A stretch of DNA of 64,000 nucleotides, from assembly GCA_022844165.1 (NCBI GenBank), contig JALHMH010000003.1, positions 1 to 64,000 of the forward strand, written 5' to 3'. This document shows, in pieces, positions 34,033 to 44,454 of this stretch. The number at the start of each line of letters is the position of its first letter. Positions within the stretch are counted from its first letter, which is position 1. The notes below the pieces were generated by a model, which worked only from the letters and a program-made list of their open reading frames with translations, did not search any database and was not told the origin of the DNA. The position numbers were made by a program, and so were the translations under genes. This stretch comes from Lysobacterales bacterium. Its GTDB lineage: Bacteria > Pseudomonadota > Gammaproteobacteria > Xanthomonadales > SZUA-5.

Positions 34033-36885
34033 CTATTCGAAGCCATTGGCAAACATCGAATCGGGCGAGTCGTTGTCGATGATGGTGATGGTCATCTGGT
34101 CAGGGGACCCGACCGTGGCGCCGCCGCTGGGTTGCACGATCTGCAGCGTCAGCGTCTCGTTGCCCTCGATCAGCGCGTCATCGACGATTTCGAACTCGAA
34201 ATTGGCCGGCGTGGTCTGGTTATCGGCAAACGTCGCGAACGTGCCAGGCGTGTTGAAATCGTTGCTTGAGGCGCTGATCGGAACGACGCTCGCGCCCACG
34301 CCCACAGCGCCTTCTGCGCCACCGCTGCGCACCACGGGAATCAGCAGCGTGCCGGCCCCTTCGGAGACGTTGAGCGTGGTTGAGGTCAGCGACAGGACGC
34401 CCGGATTGAGCGTGACCAGCATCAGATCGAAATCGTTGTTGCGATCGAACTCGCCCAGGGGTTGATCGGTACTCAACACCGCCATTGTGCTGGATGCCAC
34501 GCGCACCGCCACGATGTCATGCGGCGCGTTGTCGGTTGCATAGATGTTGCTGCTGGTGCGCAGCAACTCGCGCAGCGAAGCGGCAAAGACGTCGTAGCGA
34601 TAGGCGATGGAACTGCCGGCATCGTTGGCGATCAGGCTCAAGTAGCGCCCGTCGCGACCAAAGCGCGCGCCCAAGGTGTTGACGACAGTGCCCGAGGGCA
34701 AGCCAATCAAGCGGGTGGCCAAGGCGGTGCGATCGTAGAGGTAAATACCGCGCTCGTTGCCGCTGCCGTTGTAAAGGTAGGCCACGAAGCGACCATCGGG
34801 GCTGATCGCAGCCTGGGTGCTCGGCGAGGGGCGTTGCATGCCCGCACTATCCAAACTGACGCGCTCGGTGACGCCGCTGACGCGGTCGTGCACGAAGATG
34901 TCGATTGCGCTGTTGCTGTCGCCGGTCACCAGGTTGTTGGCGGCGGAGGAGAATGCGATCCATTGGCCGTTGTCGCTGATGTCCGGCGCGTCGCTGCTGG
35001 CGGTCGCTTGTGCGCCGCTGCTGCTCACGCTGACGCGGCGGATGCCGCTGACGCTATCCCACACGAAGACATCGGAAGCGCCATTGGTGTCGCCGGCCAC
35101 AAGATTGCTCGCAGTGCTCTGAAAAGCCACGCGTGCGCCGCTGCCATCGGCCACCGGGGCGGCGCTGCCGCCAGCGCCGAGATTGTCGATGCCCAGGCTG
35201 ACCAGCGTCGGCACGCCGTTGGGTAGCGTTTGTCGATAGACGTTAACGCCACTGGCGCGCGCGTCGAGGTTGGTGGCGCTTGTAGTGAACGCGACCACCG
35301 CACCGTCGGCCGACAGGCGCGCGGCGATGATGCCGGACGGCTGCGGCAGGCTGCCGTTTGCCGCCCGCCCGAGAAGACGGATGGCGCCTGTCGATGGCAC
35401 GAACTCAGGCAGTTGCGGTTCCGCCCCGCCGTTGCTTCGCACCAGCGCACCGAGCTCATTGAAGCTATCGGCATCCAGATCCACCGCACGGCTGACGGCG
35501 ATGGCGCGAGTTGCATCGCGCGACACATCCATGATGTTGGTGCGCCCGCTGCCATAGCCCACCGGCACCACGGCATTGGCGACGCTGATGCGGCTGGACG
35601 CGGCGCTGGTCAGATCGAGGCGGTACACATCGCGCTGCCAATTGCCGTCGGCGAGGTCGAGCGCGTCGGCGGTGACGATGCAGGCGGCGTCGCCCGCATC
35701 GCTGATTCGCGAGCGAAACACGCCGAACATCGTGGTGGTCAGGCGCGTGGTGGTGCTGGTATCGAAGTCGCGGACGAACAACTGCTGCGCTGTTCCGGAT
35801 CCGCCAATGTTGATGCCGACGGTGTCGAAGAACACATAGCGGCCGGCGGCGGTAACGCCGGCGGCATTGCTGTCGCTGCTGGATTCCTGTCCGGCCGACC
35901 CGATGCTGGCGCGCAGCAGCGTTGCGCTGGCGATTTCGTAGCGGAAAATGTCGGTGCGATTGTTGCCATCGCCGGCCACGAGATTGGTTGCGCCGCTCTC
36001 GAATATCACAAAGGCACCGTTGCTCGAGACCTCCGGATTTCGCGCGTCGCGATCTGCAGCGATGCCGGCGGCCGATTGCGACGCGCGAACCACCGCGCCG
36101 CTGCTGATGCGCTTGACGAACACGTCCACAAAGCCGTTGTTGTCGCCGGCGATCAAATCGCCGTCGGTCGCCGCGAAGGCAATCAAATCGCCGCTGTTGT
36201 CGATGGCGGCCAAACCCGACACGTTATTGCTCATCTGCCCGCCGCCGAGTTTGGTCGACACCCGCAGCAGCGTGCCGGTCTGCGTATCGAAGCGGAATAC
36301 GTCGGAGGTGCTGTTGCTGTCGCCCGCGACCAGATTCGCGTCGGCGCTGACAAAAAGCACATAGCGGCCATTGCCAGACACCCGCGGCCCATCGCTCACG
36401 GTCGCCGCCGTGCCGCTCAACGTCGTCGCGGCGCGCAGCAGCGTGCCGGTTTGCAGATCGCGATGAAACACCGTGTTCGGCTGCTCAACACCGCCGCCCG
36501 TCTCCAGAAGATCGTCGGCGCTGAGGAACGCCGCATATCGGCCGGTGTTGCTCAAGTCCACGCGCACCGCATTGCGTCGGCCTTCGCTGCCGCCGACGCG
36601 TCCGCTGATCCGTTGCAGTACGCCGGCCGCACCGACAAATGCATCCGACCGCCCGTTGCGATCGCCAGCCACCAGATTCACCGCAGCGCTCTCGAACCCG
36701 ACCACCAGACCGGATCCTGAGATCGCGCAGTTAAATGCGGGCTCGTTGGCGGACGTGCCCCAGATCAAGGGGTCTTCGATATTCGACAACGGCGTCGACG
36801 TCGCCGCGCTGGCAGCCAATGCCGACAGACACGACGACAACACGAAGCCACCGCGCAAAAATCGCAGCCAAACAGAACTATTCAT
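34033..36885 (-). CDS. Secreted beta-propeller (TolB-like NLVAGDxN repeats) plus Calx-beta domain, C-terminal MFANGFE
   Basis: Repeated S.A.NLV.GD.N...DVF; VSEGAG...IVDDALIEGNE...ITIIDND. Confidence 0.87.
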   Translation of the reverse strand: MNSSVWLRFLRGGFVLSSCLSALAASAATSTPLSNIEDPLIWGTSANEPAFNCAISGSGLVVGFESAAVNLVAGDRNGRSDAFVGAAGVLQRISGRVGGSEGRRNAVRVDLSNTGRYAAFLSADDLLETGGGVEQPNTVFHRDLQTGTLLRAATTLSGTAATVSDGPRVSGNGRYVLFVSADANLVAGDSNSTSDVFRFDTQTGTLLRVSTKLGGGQMSNNVSGLAAIDNSGDLIAFAATDGDLIAGDNNGFVDVFVKRISSGAVVRASQSAAGIAADRDARNPEVSSNGAFVIFESGATNLVAGDGNNRTDIFRYEIASATLLRASIGSAGQESSSDSNAAGVTAAGRYVFFDTVGINIGGSGTAQQLFVRDFDTSTTTRLTTTMFGVFRSRISDAGDAACIVTADALDLADGNWQRDVYRLDLTSAASSRISVANAVVPVGYGSGRTNIMDVSRDATRAIAVSRAVDLDADSFNELGALVRSNGGAEPQLPEFVPSTGAIRLLGRAANGSLPQPSGIIAARLSADGAVVAFTTSATNLDARASGVNVYRQTLPNGVPTLVSLGIDNLGAGGSAAPVADGSGARVAFQSTASNLVAGDTNGASDVFVWDSVSGIRRVSVSSSGAQATASSDAPDISDNGQWIAFSSAANNLVTGDSNSAIDIFVHDRVSGVTERVSLDSAGMQRPSPSTQAAISPDGRFVAYLYNGSGNERGIYLYDRTALATRLIGLPSGTVVNTLGARFGRDGRYLSLIANDAGSSIAYRYDVFAASLRELLRTSSNIYATDNAPHDIVAVRVASSTMAVLSTDQPLGEFDRNNDFDLMLVTLNPGVLSLTSTTLNVSEGAGTLLIPVVRSGGAEGAVGVGASVVPISASSNDFNTPGTFATFADNQTTPANFEFEIVDDALIEGNETLTLQIVQPSGGATVGSPDQMTITIIDNDSPDSMFANGFE

Positions 36886-36889
36886 GGCC

Positions 36890-37378
36890 TCAGCTCCGGT
36901 CGATGGGCAATTGTGGATTGACCCGGCGCAGCGCCTGCAACAAGTCTTGGATTTGTTCGCCGCTGAATGCTGTGCTGGCGAACTGCGTGAGCAACTGGTC
37001 GCCAGCGCCGATCAATTGAACCCAGGTGCGGTTCTGCACCGTCCCGCCCACCTGCGCGCGCACCGTGTTGAAGGCGACACGCTGCAAGGCACCAGCAGCA
37101 AAGGTCTGGGTCTTGAACGGCAGCGTGACCACCAGCGATCCATCCTCGTGCACCGCCACCGCATACCGCCCCATCAACCGCTTCAGCCCCCACATCAGCG
37201 CCAACGGAAAACACGCCGCCAGATAGAGCAGTAACAACCACGGCGATTCAGGCACCGCGCGCAGCGTCATTGGAATGACGATGAGCGGAAAACTGAAGAC
37301 CACATACATGACGAACTGGATGACCTTAGGCACCGGCAACTCGCCGGGGTTCTGCATCACAAATAGCGGCTGGCTCAT
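36890..37378 (-). CDS. Hypothetical membrane protein
   Basis: Two hydrophobic segments; 4 bp upstream of the next gene. Confidence 0.7.
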   Translation of the reverse strand: MSQPLFVMQNPGELPVPKVIQFVMYVVFSFPLIVIPMTLRAVPESPWLLLLYLAACFPLALMWGLKRLMGRYAVAVHEDGSLVVTLPFKTQTFAAGALQRVAFNTVRAQVGGTVQNRTWVQLIGAGDQLLTQFASTAFSGEQIQDLLQALRRVNPQLPIDRS

Positions 37379-37498
37379 TGGGCGGCTCCGACGGATGGCG
37401 ACGCCAGCCTAGGAGTCAGGCGCAGCCGAAGTCCTCGCAAAGCCTTGAGCGAGTGTTGATATTTCTATGAAATCAGCGTGTTGGATACGCGGCCGGGG

Positions 37499-40111
37499 CT
37501 ATCGCGCCAGCGGAACGAGCTTGGTGAGTCCCGCAGCCTGCACTTGCGCCACTGCCAGCTGCCAGGCGCGCATCGCGTCGGCGCCATCGTCGTGAGCCAG
37601 CTCACCTTGCGCCTGCAGTGCGAGCAGCCGCAGCCCCTTCGCCTGCGCCTGGGCGGTGGCCCATTGCAGGCGTTCGCGGCGCGCGTTCTGGTTGCGATCG
37701 AGGCTGGCGCGCAGGAGCACCACGCGCAGCGCATCTTCGGCATCGGGTGCCTGGGCGAGAACGTGATCGACGGCGCTGAGCTCTGCTTCGGCCTCGTCGC
37801 GTCGGCCCTGAACGAGCAGCGTTTGAGCCAATAGTAGTTGTGCGTCGCGTTTGAGGGCTTGCGATTGTGCGGTTTCCGGGCGCTTGAGCAGTTCGCGCAG
37901 CTCTTCCTCGACCGCCACGCGCTCGTTCAACGCCAGGCGCGTGCGCAGTGCGTCGAGCTGCGCCTGACGGGCGGCGATCATCTCCTCGGCGTTCTGCAAG
38001 GCCTGCGCCTGCGCATCGAAGAGCGTCCGCGCATTCGGGAAATCGCCGCTGGTGAAGGCGATGGCGCCGGCCAGGCCGGCTTCTGCGGCCCGTGCCAGAG
38101 GTCCGGCATCACGCAAACCTTGGATGTCGACCAACTGCGCGCGTGCCCCTGCGAGATCGGCGAACTGCAGCCGCAAAAGGCCCAGCGTCGCGCGTGTCAT
38201 GGCTTCCTCTTTGCCGTTACCGACGCGCTTGAAGCCCTCTGCAGACTGCGCGGCGACATCGATCGCCTTGATCAAATCGCCGCGCGCGGCATGCACCCGC
38301 GCCAAACGCGACTGCGCATAGGCCTCGCCTGAAGGACTGTTCTGCGCCCTCTCCAGGACCACCGCCTGTTCGCTGTATTGCGCCGCTTCGTCCATACGTC
38401 CGCGCATCGCGGCGACTTCGCTCAAATTGCCCAACGCGGCCGCCTCGGCGCGCTTTTCGCCGCTGGCGCGAAAACTCTCCAGCGCGCGCATCAATTGGTC
38501 GTGTCCACGCTGCAAGTCGCCGCCGCGCACGTAGTGATTTCCCAGCGAGCCGTGCAGAAATCCGACGGTCGATAGCGCCTGGGCGCGGCTCGCCAGCTGC
38601 AGCGCGCGCTCAATCACCGCCGGTACTTCGCTGTTGCGGCCGAGCAGGTAGCGCGGTTCAACGGTGGAATTGAGCGCGTTGGCCGCGCCGCCGCCGTCGC
38701 CAATGGCTTCGTAATCGGCCGCCAATTGTGTGAAAGCGTCGATGGCGGCCGTGTGGTCGCCGCGGGCGGCGAACAGTTGCGCACGCAAGTGGCGCATGGT
38801 GATGACGCCGATCGGGTCGCGGCGGCCGTCGAGCAATTGTTGAATGCGCGCCAGGTGTTGCTCGGCAAGGTCGAGCTGGTCCTGTACGCGCGCGTTCCAT
38901 ACCGCGTCGCGCAGCGAGCGAACGGCGGGGCGGCTAAGGCCGAGCGTTTGCAGCGCTTCGCTGGCCCCGATGGCCAGCGCGGTCGCGCCGGGAGCGTCGC
39001 GCTGCAACTCCGCGGCACGCGCCAGTTCGCCCTTCGCAATTGCCGCCAGCGCCGGGTTGACGGCGCCGATTTGCGCAAGAAGGGACTGCGCGTGTTCGCG
39101 TTGCATGGCGCTATCGCGACGATCGCCAGCGATCTGCGCTGCCAGCAACAGGCGGCGCAAGGCCGGCACCGTGCCAGCGGACTCGAGTTCTGCCGCCAGC
39201 GCACGAAGGCGTTCGGCCGGGATCTTGCGGCGCAGATCCCAGGCGAGCAGCTTAAGGTCGAAGTCTTGCGGACGCAGCGCCAGCAGAGGATCGAGATTTG
39301 CCCAGGCTTCGATTTCGCGGCCCGCAGCTTGCGCCGCGACAGTATCGACCCACAAACGGCCGGGGCGATCGCCGGCGTCCAGATGCTCGCGCGCCACCGC
39401 GAGCGCGGTATCGATGCCGTCGCCATCGGCGCGCAGCATTGCGATCCGGGCTCGCAGCAACTGCGTTGCGACTTCATCTTGCGCCAATCCAGCGAGCGCG
39501 CGTTCCGCGGCGTCGATGCGGAATTCGTCGAAGGCAGTGTGCGCCGCGCGGTAGGCCGGATCGCTGCTGTAGGCGAAGGCATCCGCCGGCTGCGGCCACC
39601 AGGCATCGCGGAAGAACCAGAACACCAGCGCCTGCAGCAGCGCGACAAGCAGCAGCGCCGGGACAATCCAGCGCGCCAGCGGCGCTCGTGGCGCGCTCGC
39701 GGCGGTTTCGGATGCCTGCGGCGTCGGCTGCGCGACAGCCGATTCGACGTCAGTCTCCGTCGAAAGCGCGTTCGTGACGGCCTCGGGGGGCGATGCGGTC
39801 GCGATCGCTTCGACACTGGGTATCCAGCGATAACCCTGGCGATGGCGGGTTTCGATGTACGTCGACTCCTGCGCCTGATCGCCGAGCAGCCGCCGCAACT
39901 CGCGAATCGCCTGCGGCACCGCGCTCGGCGAAATTGCATGTCGCCCCCACACCGCATCGAGCAACTCGTCGGTGGACACCAGCGCCGGCGCGCGCGTCAG
40001 CAACACCAGCAGCGTCTGCGCCACCTGCTTGCGCAACGGTATGGCGCCGCTCGGGCCGTAAACGATGGCGGTGTCTACATCGAATTCGATGCCGCCCGAG
40101 CGATAGCGCAT
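37499..40111 (-). CDS. CadC/ToxR-like winged-helix, TM, TPR regulator
   Basis: DELLDAVWG...AIRELRRLLGD...YIETRHRQGYRW; one TM; TPR-like helices. Confidence 0.87.
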   Translation of the reverse strand: MRYRSGGIEFDVDTAIVYGPSGAIPLRKQVAQTLLVLLTRAPALVSTDELLDAVWGRHAISPSAVPQAIRELRRLLGDQAQESTYIETRHRQGYRWIPSVEAIATASPPEAVTNALSTETDVESAVAQPTPQASETAASAPRAPLARWIVPALLLVALLQALVFWFFRDAWWPQPADAFAYSSDPAYRAAHTAFDEFRIDAAERALAGLAQDEVATQLLRARIAMLRADGDGIDTALAVAREHLDAGDRPGRLWVDTVAAQAAGREIEAWANLDPLLALRPQDFDLKLLAWDLRRKIPAERLRALAAELESAGTVPALRRLLLAAQIAGDRRDSAMQREHAQSLLAQIGAVNPALAAIAKGELARAAELQRDAPGATALAIGASEALQTLGLSRPAVRSLRDAVWNARVQDQLDLAEQHLARIQQLLDGRRDPIGVITMRHLRAQLFAARGDHTAAIDAFTQLAADYEAIGDGGGAANALNSTVEPRYLLGRNSEVPAVIERALQLASRAQALSTVGFLHGSLGNHYVRGGDLQRGHDQLMRALESFRASGEKRAEAAALGNLSEVAAMRGRMDEAAQYSEQAVVLERAQNSPSGEAYAQSRLARVHAARGDLIKAIDVAAQSAEGFKRVGNGKEEAMTRATLGLLRLQFADLAGARAQLVDIQGLRDAGPLARAAEAGLAGAIAFTSGDFPNARTLFDAQAQALQNAEEMIAARQAQLDALRTRLALNERVAVEEELRELLKRPETAQSQALKRDAQLLLAQTLLVQGRRDEAEAELSAVDHVLAQAPDAEDALRVVLLRASLDRNQNARRERLQWATAQAQAKGLRLLALQAQGELAHDDGADAMRAWQLAVAQVQAAGLTKLVPLAR

Positions 40112-40311
40112 GCATGGTTCCGTTGTGGGAAGGGCGATAGCTTACCCTTGGTGCTGTTGATGCGGCACCAAGCAGGCATAGAAGTCCCGGCGCGCCCACG
40201 TTTTCCTGACGATCATCGACCCAACGTACAGATTTCGGTCCCGCCAGGAGGGACGCCCAACGCCGGTGACCGCAGGTATTCTGCGGCACTGCGGATTGAA
40301 TCCAGGCGGCA

Positions 40312-42189
40312 ATGAAAGCGGCATCGGAGACGAACGTCGAACTGCACCAACGTGCTCTGTTTATGGCGGCGCTTGCGCACGCCTTTCGAAGCCGCCTGAA
40401 CGCGGTTCTGGGCAGTTTGGAGTTGGTTCGTCAAACCGATCTCAATCGCGAGCAATCGGGTTTCGTGGCGACGGCTGTTGACGAGGGGCGCGAGTTGTTG
40501 ACGCTGCTTAACGATGCGCTCGACGTCAATCGCATTGAAGCCGGCGAGGTTCGTCTCGACGACTTGCCCACCGATCCGGTGGCCATTGCGGAGGGTGCTC
40601 TGGGTGCTGTGGCCGCAAGACTCCACGAACGCGGTGTGGCGGCAGCGAGCGTGATCGATCCGCAAACGCCAGTGACGCTACGCGGCGATCCGGCGCGGCT
40701 GCGTCAAGTGTTGACCAATCTTCTCGCGAATGCGGCGAATGCGACGGATCTGGGCAGCATCATGTTAAAACTGCGTCCGCTGGCTTCGGACGTACGTGGT
40801 GAGCATCTGCAGTTTGAGATCATCGATACCGGGCGTGGGGTGCCTGAAGGCTTAAGGGAGGGACTGTTCGCGCCTTTCGTTCCGCAGGGTGGCCGGGCGG
40901 ACTGGCGTTCGACGAGCCTGGGATTGGGTTTGGCCTTGTGCCGACACCTGGTTCGAATGATGGGCGGCGACATCGAATACGAAGCCCGTCGCGGCGGCGG
41001 CAGCATTTTTCGCTTCGACGTCTGGTTGCGCCGCGACGCCGAATTCGAGCGCCTGGCGGACGTTGTTGGCGAAGCCCACGATCGCCGCGTGTTGTTGGTT
41101 GACAGCGATCAGGTTCGACGGGTGAGCTTCGCCGAACAGGTGCGTCGCTGGGGAATCCGTGTAAAGGTCGTCGCAGACGGCGAAGCAGCGTCGGTGCTGA
41201 TTCGAAGCGGTCAACGCTTTGATTTGCTGTTGGTGCATCAAGACGCGAATGGCGCCGCCGATGCGGTGGCCTGCAGCGCGCCATTGCGGGTTTCGGTGCT
41301 GGTGCCCGTTGGCCAATCGCCCGCCCAGGCGTTGGTCCCGCGCGACCGATCCGTGAGCTGGCTGTCGGCACCGATGCGGCGGCGCGCATTCGTCGATGCG
41401 TTGATGGGTCGCCCGGTGCCACTGATCGATTCGCCCGACCTTCCCGAGGCGACGCGCAGCACTCGCGCCAGAATTCTGGTCGTCGAAGACAGCGATGCGA
41501 ATCGCCGTGTCATGAGCGCACAGCTGGAGCGTCTTTCCTGCGACGTGGACGCCGTTGCCAACGGATCCGATGCCATCCGCCAGGTGAGCCAGCGCCGTTA
41601 CGCGTTGGTCCTCACCGATCTGGCTTTGCCCGATATGAGTGGACTCGATGTCGCTGTTGGCATCCGGCAACTGGGTGGCGACGCGGCCCGCGTACCGATC
41701 GTTGCCGTCACAGGCGGCACCCATCCGCGCGATCGCGAACGCTGTCTTGCGGCCGGTATGAACGACTATCTCGCCAAACCTGTGGCACGCGATGACTTGC
41801 GCCGAGTGGTTGAACGCTTTGTACCGAGAGACGGCGCGGTGCCAGTTTGGTCCCCAGCGGCGGTCGCCGAGATGGCCAGCGACTTTGGTGCCGAACGCAC
41901 GTACGACCTGGTGGCAGCTTTCGCACGGGAACTGGCGCAGCGACTGGACCGCCTGGCGATCGGGACCAGCGCCCAGCAAATCGGCCATGAAGCGCACGCG
42001 CTCAAATCCGCCGCGTTGGTTTTCGGCGCCGAGTCCTTGGGAAAAGCGGCGCTGGCGCTGGAGCAAAATTGTCGCAACGGCCTGATGGCCGACGTGCAGC
42101 AAGAGACACAAGACGTCGTTGCGTTGGGCCGGCAGGTGTACGCTGCGGTCCAGTCGTGGCTGGTAGACCGATCGGAGCAGAACCCTTGA
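40312..42189 (+). CDS. Hybrid histidine kinase (HisKA, HATPase, REC-like, REC, HPt) without a sensor domain
   Basis: AHAFRSRLN, GDPARLRQVLTNLL, DTGRG, GMNDYLAKP, AHALKSAA. Confidence 0.88.
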   Translation: MKAASETNVELHQRALFMAALAHAFRSRLNAVLGSLELVRQTDLNREQSGFVATAVDEGRELLTLLNDALDVNRIEAGEVRLDDLPTDPVAIAEGALGAVAARLHERGVAAASVIDPQTPVTLRGDPARLRQVLTNLLANAANATDLGSIMLKLRPLASDVRGEHLQFEIIDTGRGVPEGLREGLFAPFVPQGGRADWRSTSLGLGLALCRHLVRMMGGDIEYEARRGGGSIFRFDVWLRRDAEFERLADVVGEAHDRRVLLVDSDQVRRVSFAEQVRRWGIRVKVVADGEAASVLIRSGQRFDLLLVHQDANGAADAVACSAPLRVSVLVPVGQSPAQALVPRDRSVSWLSAPMRRRAFVDALMGRPVPLIDSPDLPEATRSTRARILVVEDSDANRRVMSAQLERLSCDVDAVANGSDAIRQVSQRRYALVLTDLALPDMSGLDVAVGIRQLGGDAARVPIVAVTGGTHPRDRERCLAAGMNDYLAKPVARDDLRRVVERFVPRDGAVPVWSPAAVAEMASDFGAERTYDLVAAFARELAQRLDRLAIGTSAQQIGHEAHALKSAALVFGAESLGKAALALEQNCRNGLMADVQQETQDVVALGRQVYAAVQSWLVDRSEQNP

Positions 42190-43589
42190 GCGAACGCATG
42201 CAGACTCTGCTGGCGCAGGCCAGCGTGCTGGTGGTGGAAGACAGCGAGAGTTTGCGCTCTTTGTACCTGGCGTATCTGCGCCAACAGCCTTGGCGCAGCA
42301 GCGGCGTGGGCAGCGCAATGGAGGCGGCGGCCGCAATCGAGGCCGACCCACCAACGCTGGTCCTGCTCGATTTGCAGCTCCCGGATGCCGATGAGCTGGA
42401 GTTTCTGCGACTGTTGCGATCCCAGGCGCCGCAGATCGGTGTGGTCGTCGCCACCGGTCACGGCAGCGTCGATCTGGCCGTCGACGCACTGCGGCTGGGC
42501 GCCAGCGACTTTCTCGAAAAGCCGGTCAACAAAGATCGCCTGATCCAGACTTTGCGTAATGCGCTCGAGCGGCTGGTGCTTGAACGACAAGTGACGCAGC
42601 TGTTGCAAACGGAACACCGCGAGCGCTTTCACGGATTCATCGGCCGCAGTCTGGCGATGCAAGCGGTGTACCGGACGATTGTTGCGGCGGCGCCCAGCCG
42701 GGCGACAGTCTTTATTACTGGCGAAAGTGGCACCGGCAAAGAAGTCACGGCACGTGCGATACACGCCGAAAGCCCGCGGCGGAGCGGCCCATTCGTCGCG
42801 CTCAACTGCGCGGCAATTCCTCGCGATCTGATGGAAAGCGAATTGTTCGGTCATCAAAAAGGGGCCTTCACCGGCGCTCAGCAGGCGCGCGAGGGTGCCG
42901 CCGAGCAGGCGGACGGCGGCACCCTGTTTCTCGACGAAATCGGCGAGATGAATCTGGAGCTGCAAAGCAAGCTGTTGCGCTTTCTGCAAACGGGCGAGGT
43001 CAAGCGTTTGGGCGCAAATCAGGAGCGCCGCGTGGATGTTCGTTTTTTGTGCGCAACCAATCGCGATCCCTGGGCCGAAGTGCAAGCCGGTCGTTTTCGC
43101 GAAGATCTGTACTTCCGCCTGCACGTGATCCCGCTGCATTTGCCGCCGCTGCGGGAACGCGAAGAGGACGTGGTGTTACTCGCCGAGGAGTTTCTGGCGC
43201 GTTTCGCCGCCGAAGAAGGTCGGCGCTTCAGCGGATTCAGCGCGGCCGCGCGGGAGGCATTGCTGCGCCACCCGTGGCCGGGCAACGTACGTGAACTGGA
43301 AAACGTCGTTCGCCAGGTCGTGGTCCTTAACAACGGGGGCGAAATCGATGCCGACCGGCTGTTGCTGGACTCGCGCCGCTGGTCGCGCGAGATGCAGCAA
43401 CCAGCGACGGCGCCGCTCGATGCCCAGCGAGCATCCGCTGGCCCCATCGAGCCGCTGGCGCTCACCGAACGCCGTGCCATCGAAAACGCCATCACACTTT
43501 GCCGCGGCAATGTTCCCGAGGCGGCGCGGCGACTTGAGGTTGCGCCTTCGACGTTGTATCGCAAACTTGCGCAATGGAGCGACGGTTGA
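42186..43589 (+). CDS. LuxO-like sigma54-dependent response regulator
   Basis: REC; FIGRSLAMQAVYRTI; GESGTGKE; GAFTGA; HTH PSTLYRKL. Confidence 0.92.
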   Translation: MSERMQTLLAQASVLVVEDSESLRSLYLAYLRQQPWRSSGVGSAMEAAAAIEADPPTLVLLDLQLPDADELEFLRLLRSQAPQIGVVVATGHGSVDLAVDALRLGASDFLEKPVNKDRLIQTLRNALERLVLERQVTQLLQTEHRERFHGFIGRSLAMQAVYRTIVAAAPSRATVFITGESGTGKEVTARAIHAESPRRSGPFVALNCAAIPRDLMESELFGHQKGAFTGAQQAREGAAEQADGGTLFLDEIGEMNLELQSKLLRFLQTGEVKRLGANQERRVDVRFLCATNRDPWAEVQAGRFREDLYFRLHVIPLHLPPLREREEDVVLLAEEFLARFAAEEGRRFSGFSAAAREALLRHPWPGNVRELENVVRQVVVLNNGGEIDADRLLLDSRRWSREMQQPATAPLDAQRASAGPIEPLALTERRAIENAITLCRGNVPEAARRLEVAPSTLYRKLAQWSDG

Positions 43590-43596
43590 GCGCCAG

Positions 43597-44454
43597 TTAT
43601 TCGGCTGCTACTGTGAGCGTGAGCGTGTCTTCGTATCGCCCCGCAGCGCGCCGTTCCACCTCGCCGATCTGAATTTGCAGCTCGGCGCGCGACAGCGCAC
43701 CGCGACGATCCAACAACAGATTGGAGGCGCCGTTGATGCGGCGGCCATCGACGCTGAGCGCATAAGGAATGGTCCAGCCGCTGCGGTCGGGAATTCGCAG
43801 CTCGCCCCAGCGCTGTTCGATGCTGAGCTGAGCCGCGGCGTTGCCGCGGACCTCAACGGCCAGTCCATGAACGCTGCCGGTGCGCAATTCGCCCAGGTCG
43901 AAGTGGGTTTGCGTGCCGGCCAGGGGCGCACGCAATCCCGCCGCGACGATATCGACACTGAGAATGGCCGGCACCTGGACGGTCAGGTTCGTGTCCGCCT
44001 GTGCGAGCGGGCTAGCGATCAACGAGGCGCTATCGAACAAACGCCAGCGCAGGCGCAGGCGTGCCGGCCCCGCTTCGAAAGGCACGCCCTGAGCTGACCA
44101 TTGCAAGGTCGGCTGCAGCGTCGCGTTGCCTTGCGCGTCCGCGACCACCGGCAACAGCGCCAGCCCGCCACCCGGCACAAATCCGACCTCGGCACCATTG
44201 GGGCCAGTGCGGATGACTGCTGTTGAATCGGGATGGTCCAAAGGAGCGGCCTCCACGCCGAGCGACAGCGGTGGGCAACCCGTCATGCCGCTAATGCGCG
44301 CGCTCAACGTCTCTTGCAATCGCCCGCCTGCTGCAAGTTCAGCACCAAACCAGCTGGCAACCGGTTGATCTGCAGCGACTTGCAATCGCGGCTGACAAGT
44401 TGACGCGGTTTGCATGTTCAGCGCGGACAGCAGGGCGATCCATGCGGCATTCAT
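43597..44454 (-). CDS. Putative pilus minor/tip subunit
   Basis: Last gene of the usher operon; C-terminal AGRYEDTLTLTV. Confidence 0.7.
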   Translation of the reverse strand: MNAAWIALLSALNMQTASTCQPRLQVAADQPVASWFGAELAAGGRLQETLSARISGMTGCPPLSLGVEAAPLDHPDSTAVIRTGPNGAEVGFVPGGGLALLPVVADAQGNATLQPTLQWSAQGVPFEAGPARLRLRWRLFDSASLIASPLAQADTNLTVQVPAILSVDIVAAGLRAPLAGTQTHFDLGELRTGSVHGLAVEVRGNAAAQLSIEQRWGELRIPDRSGWTIPYALSVDGRRINGASNLLLDRRGALSRAELQIQIGEVERRAAGRYEDTLTLTVAAE

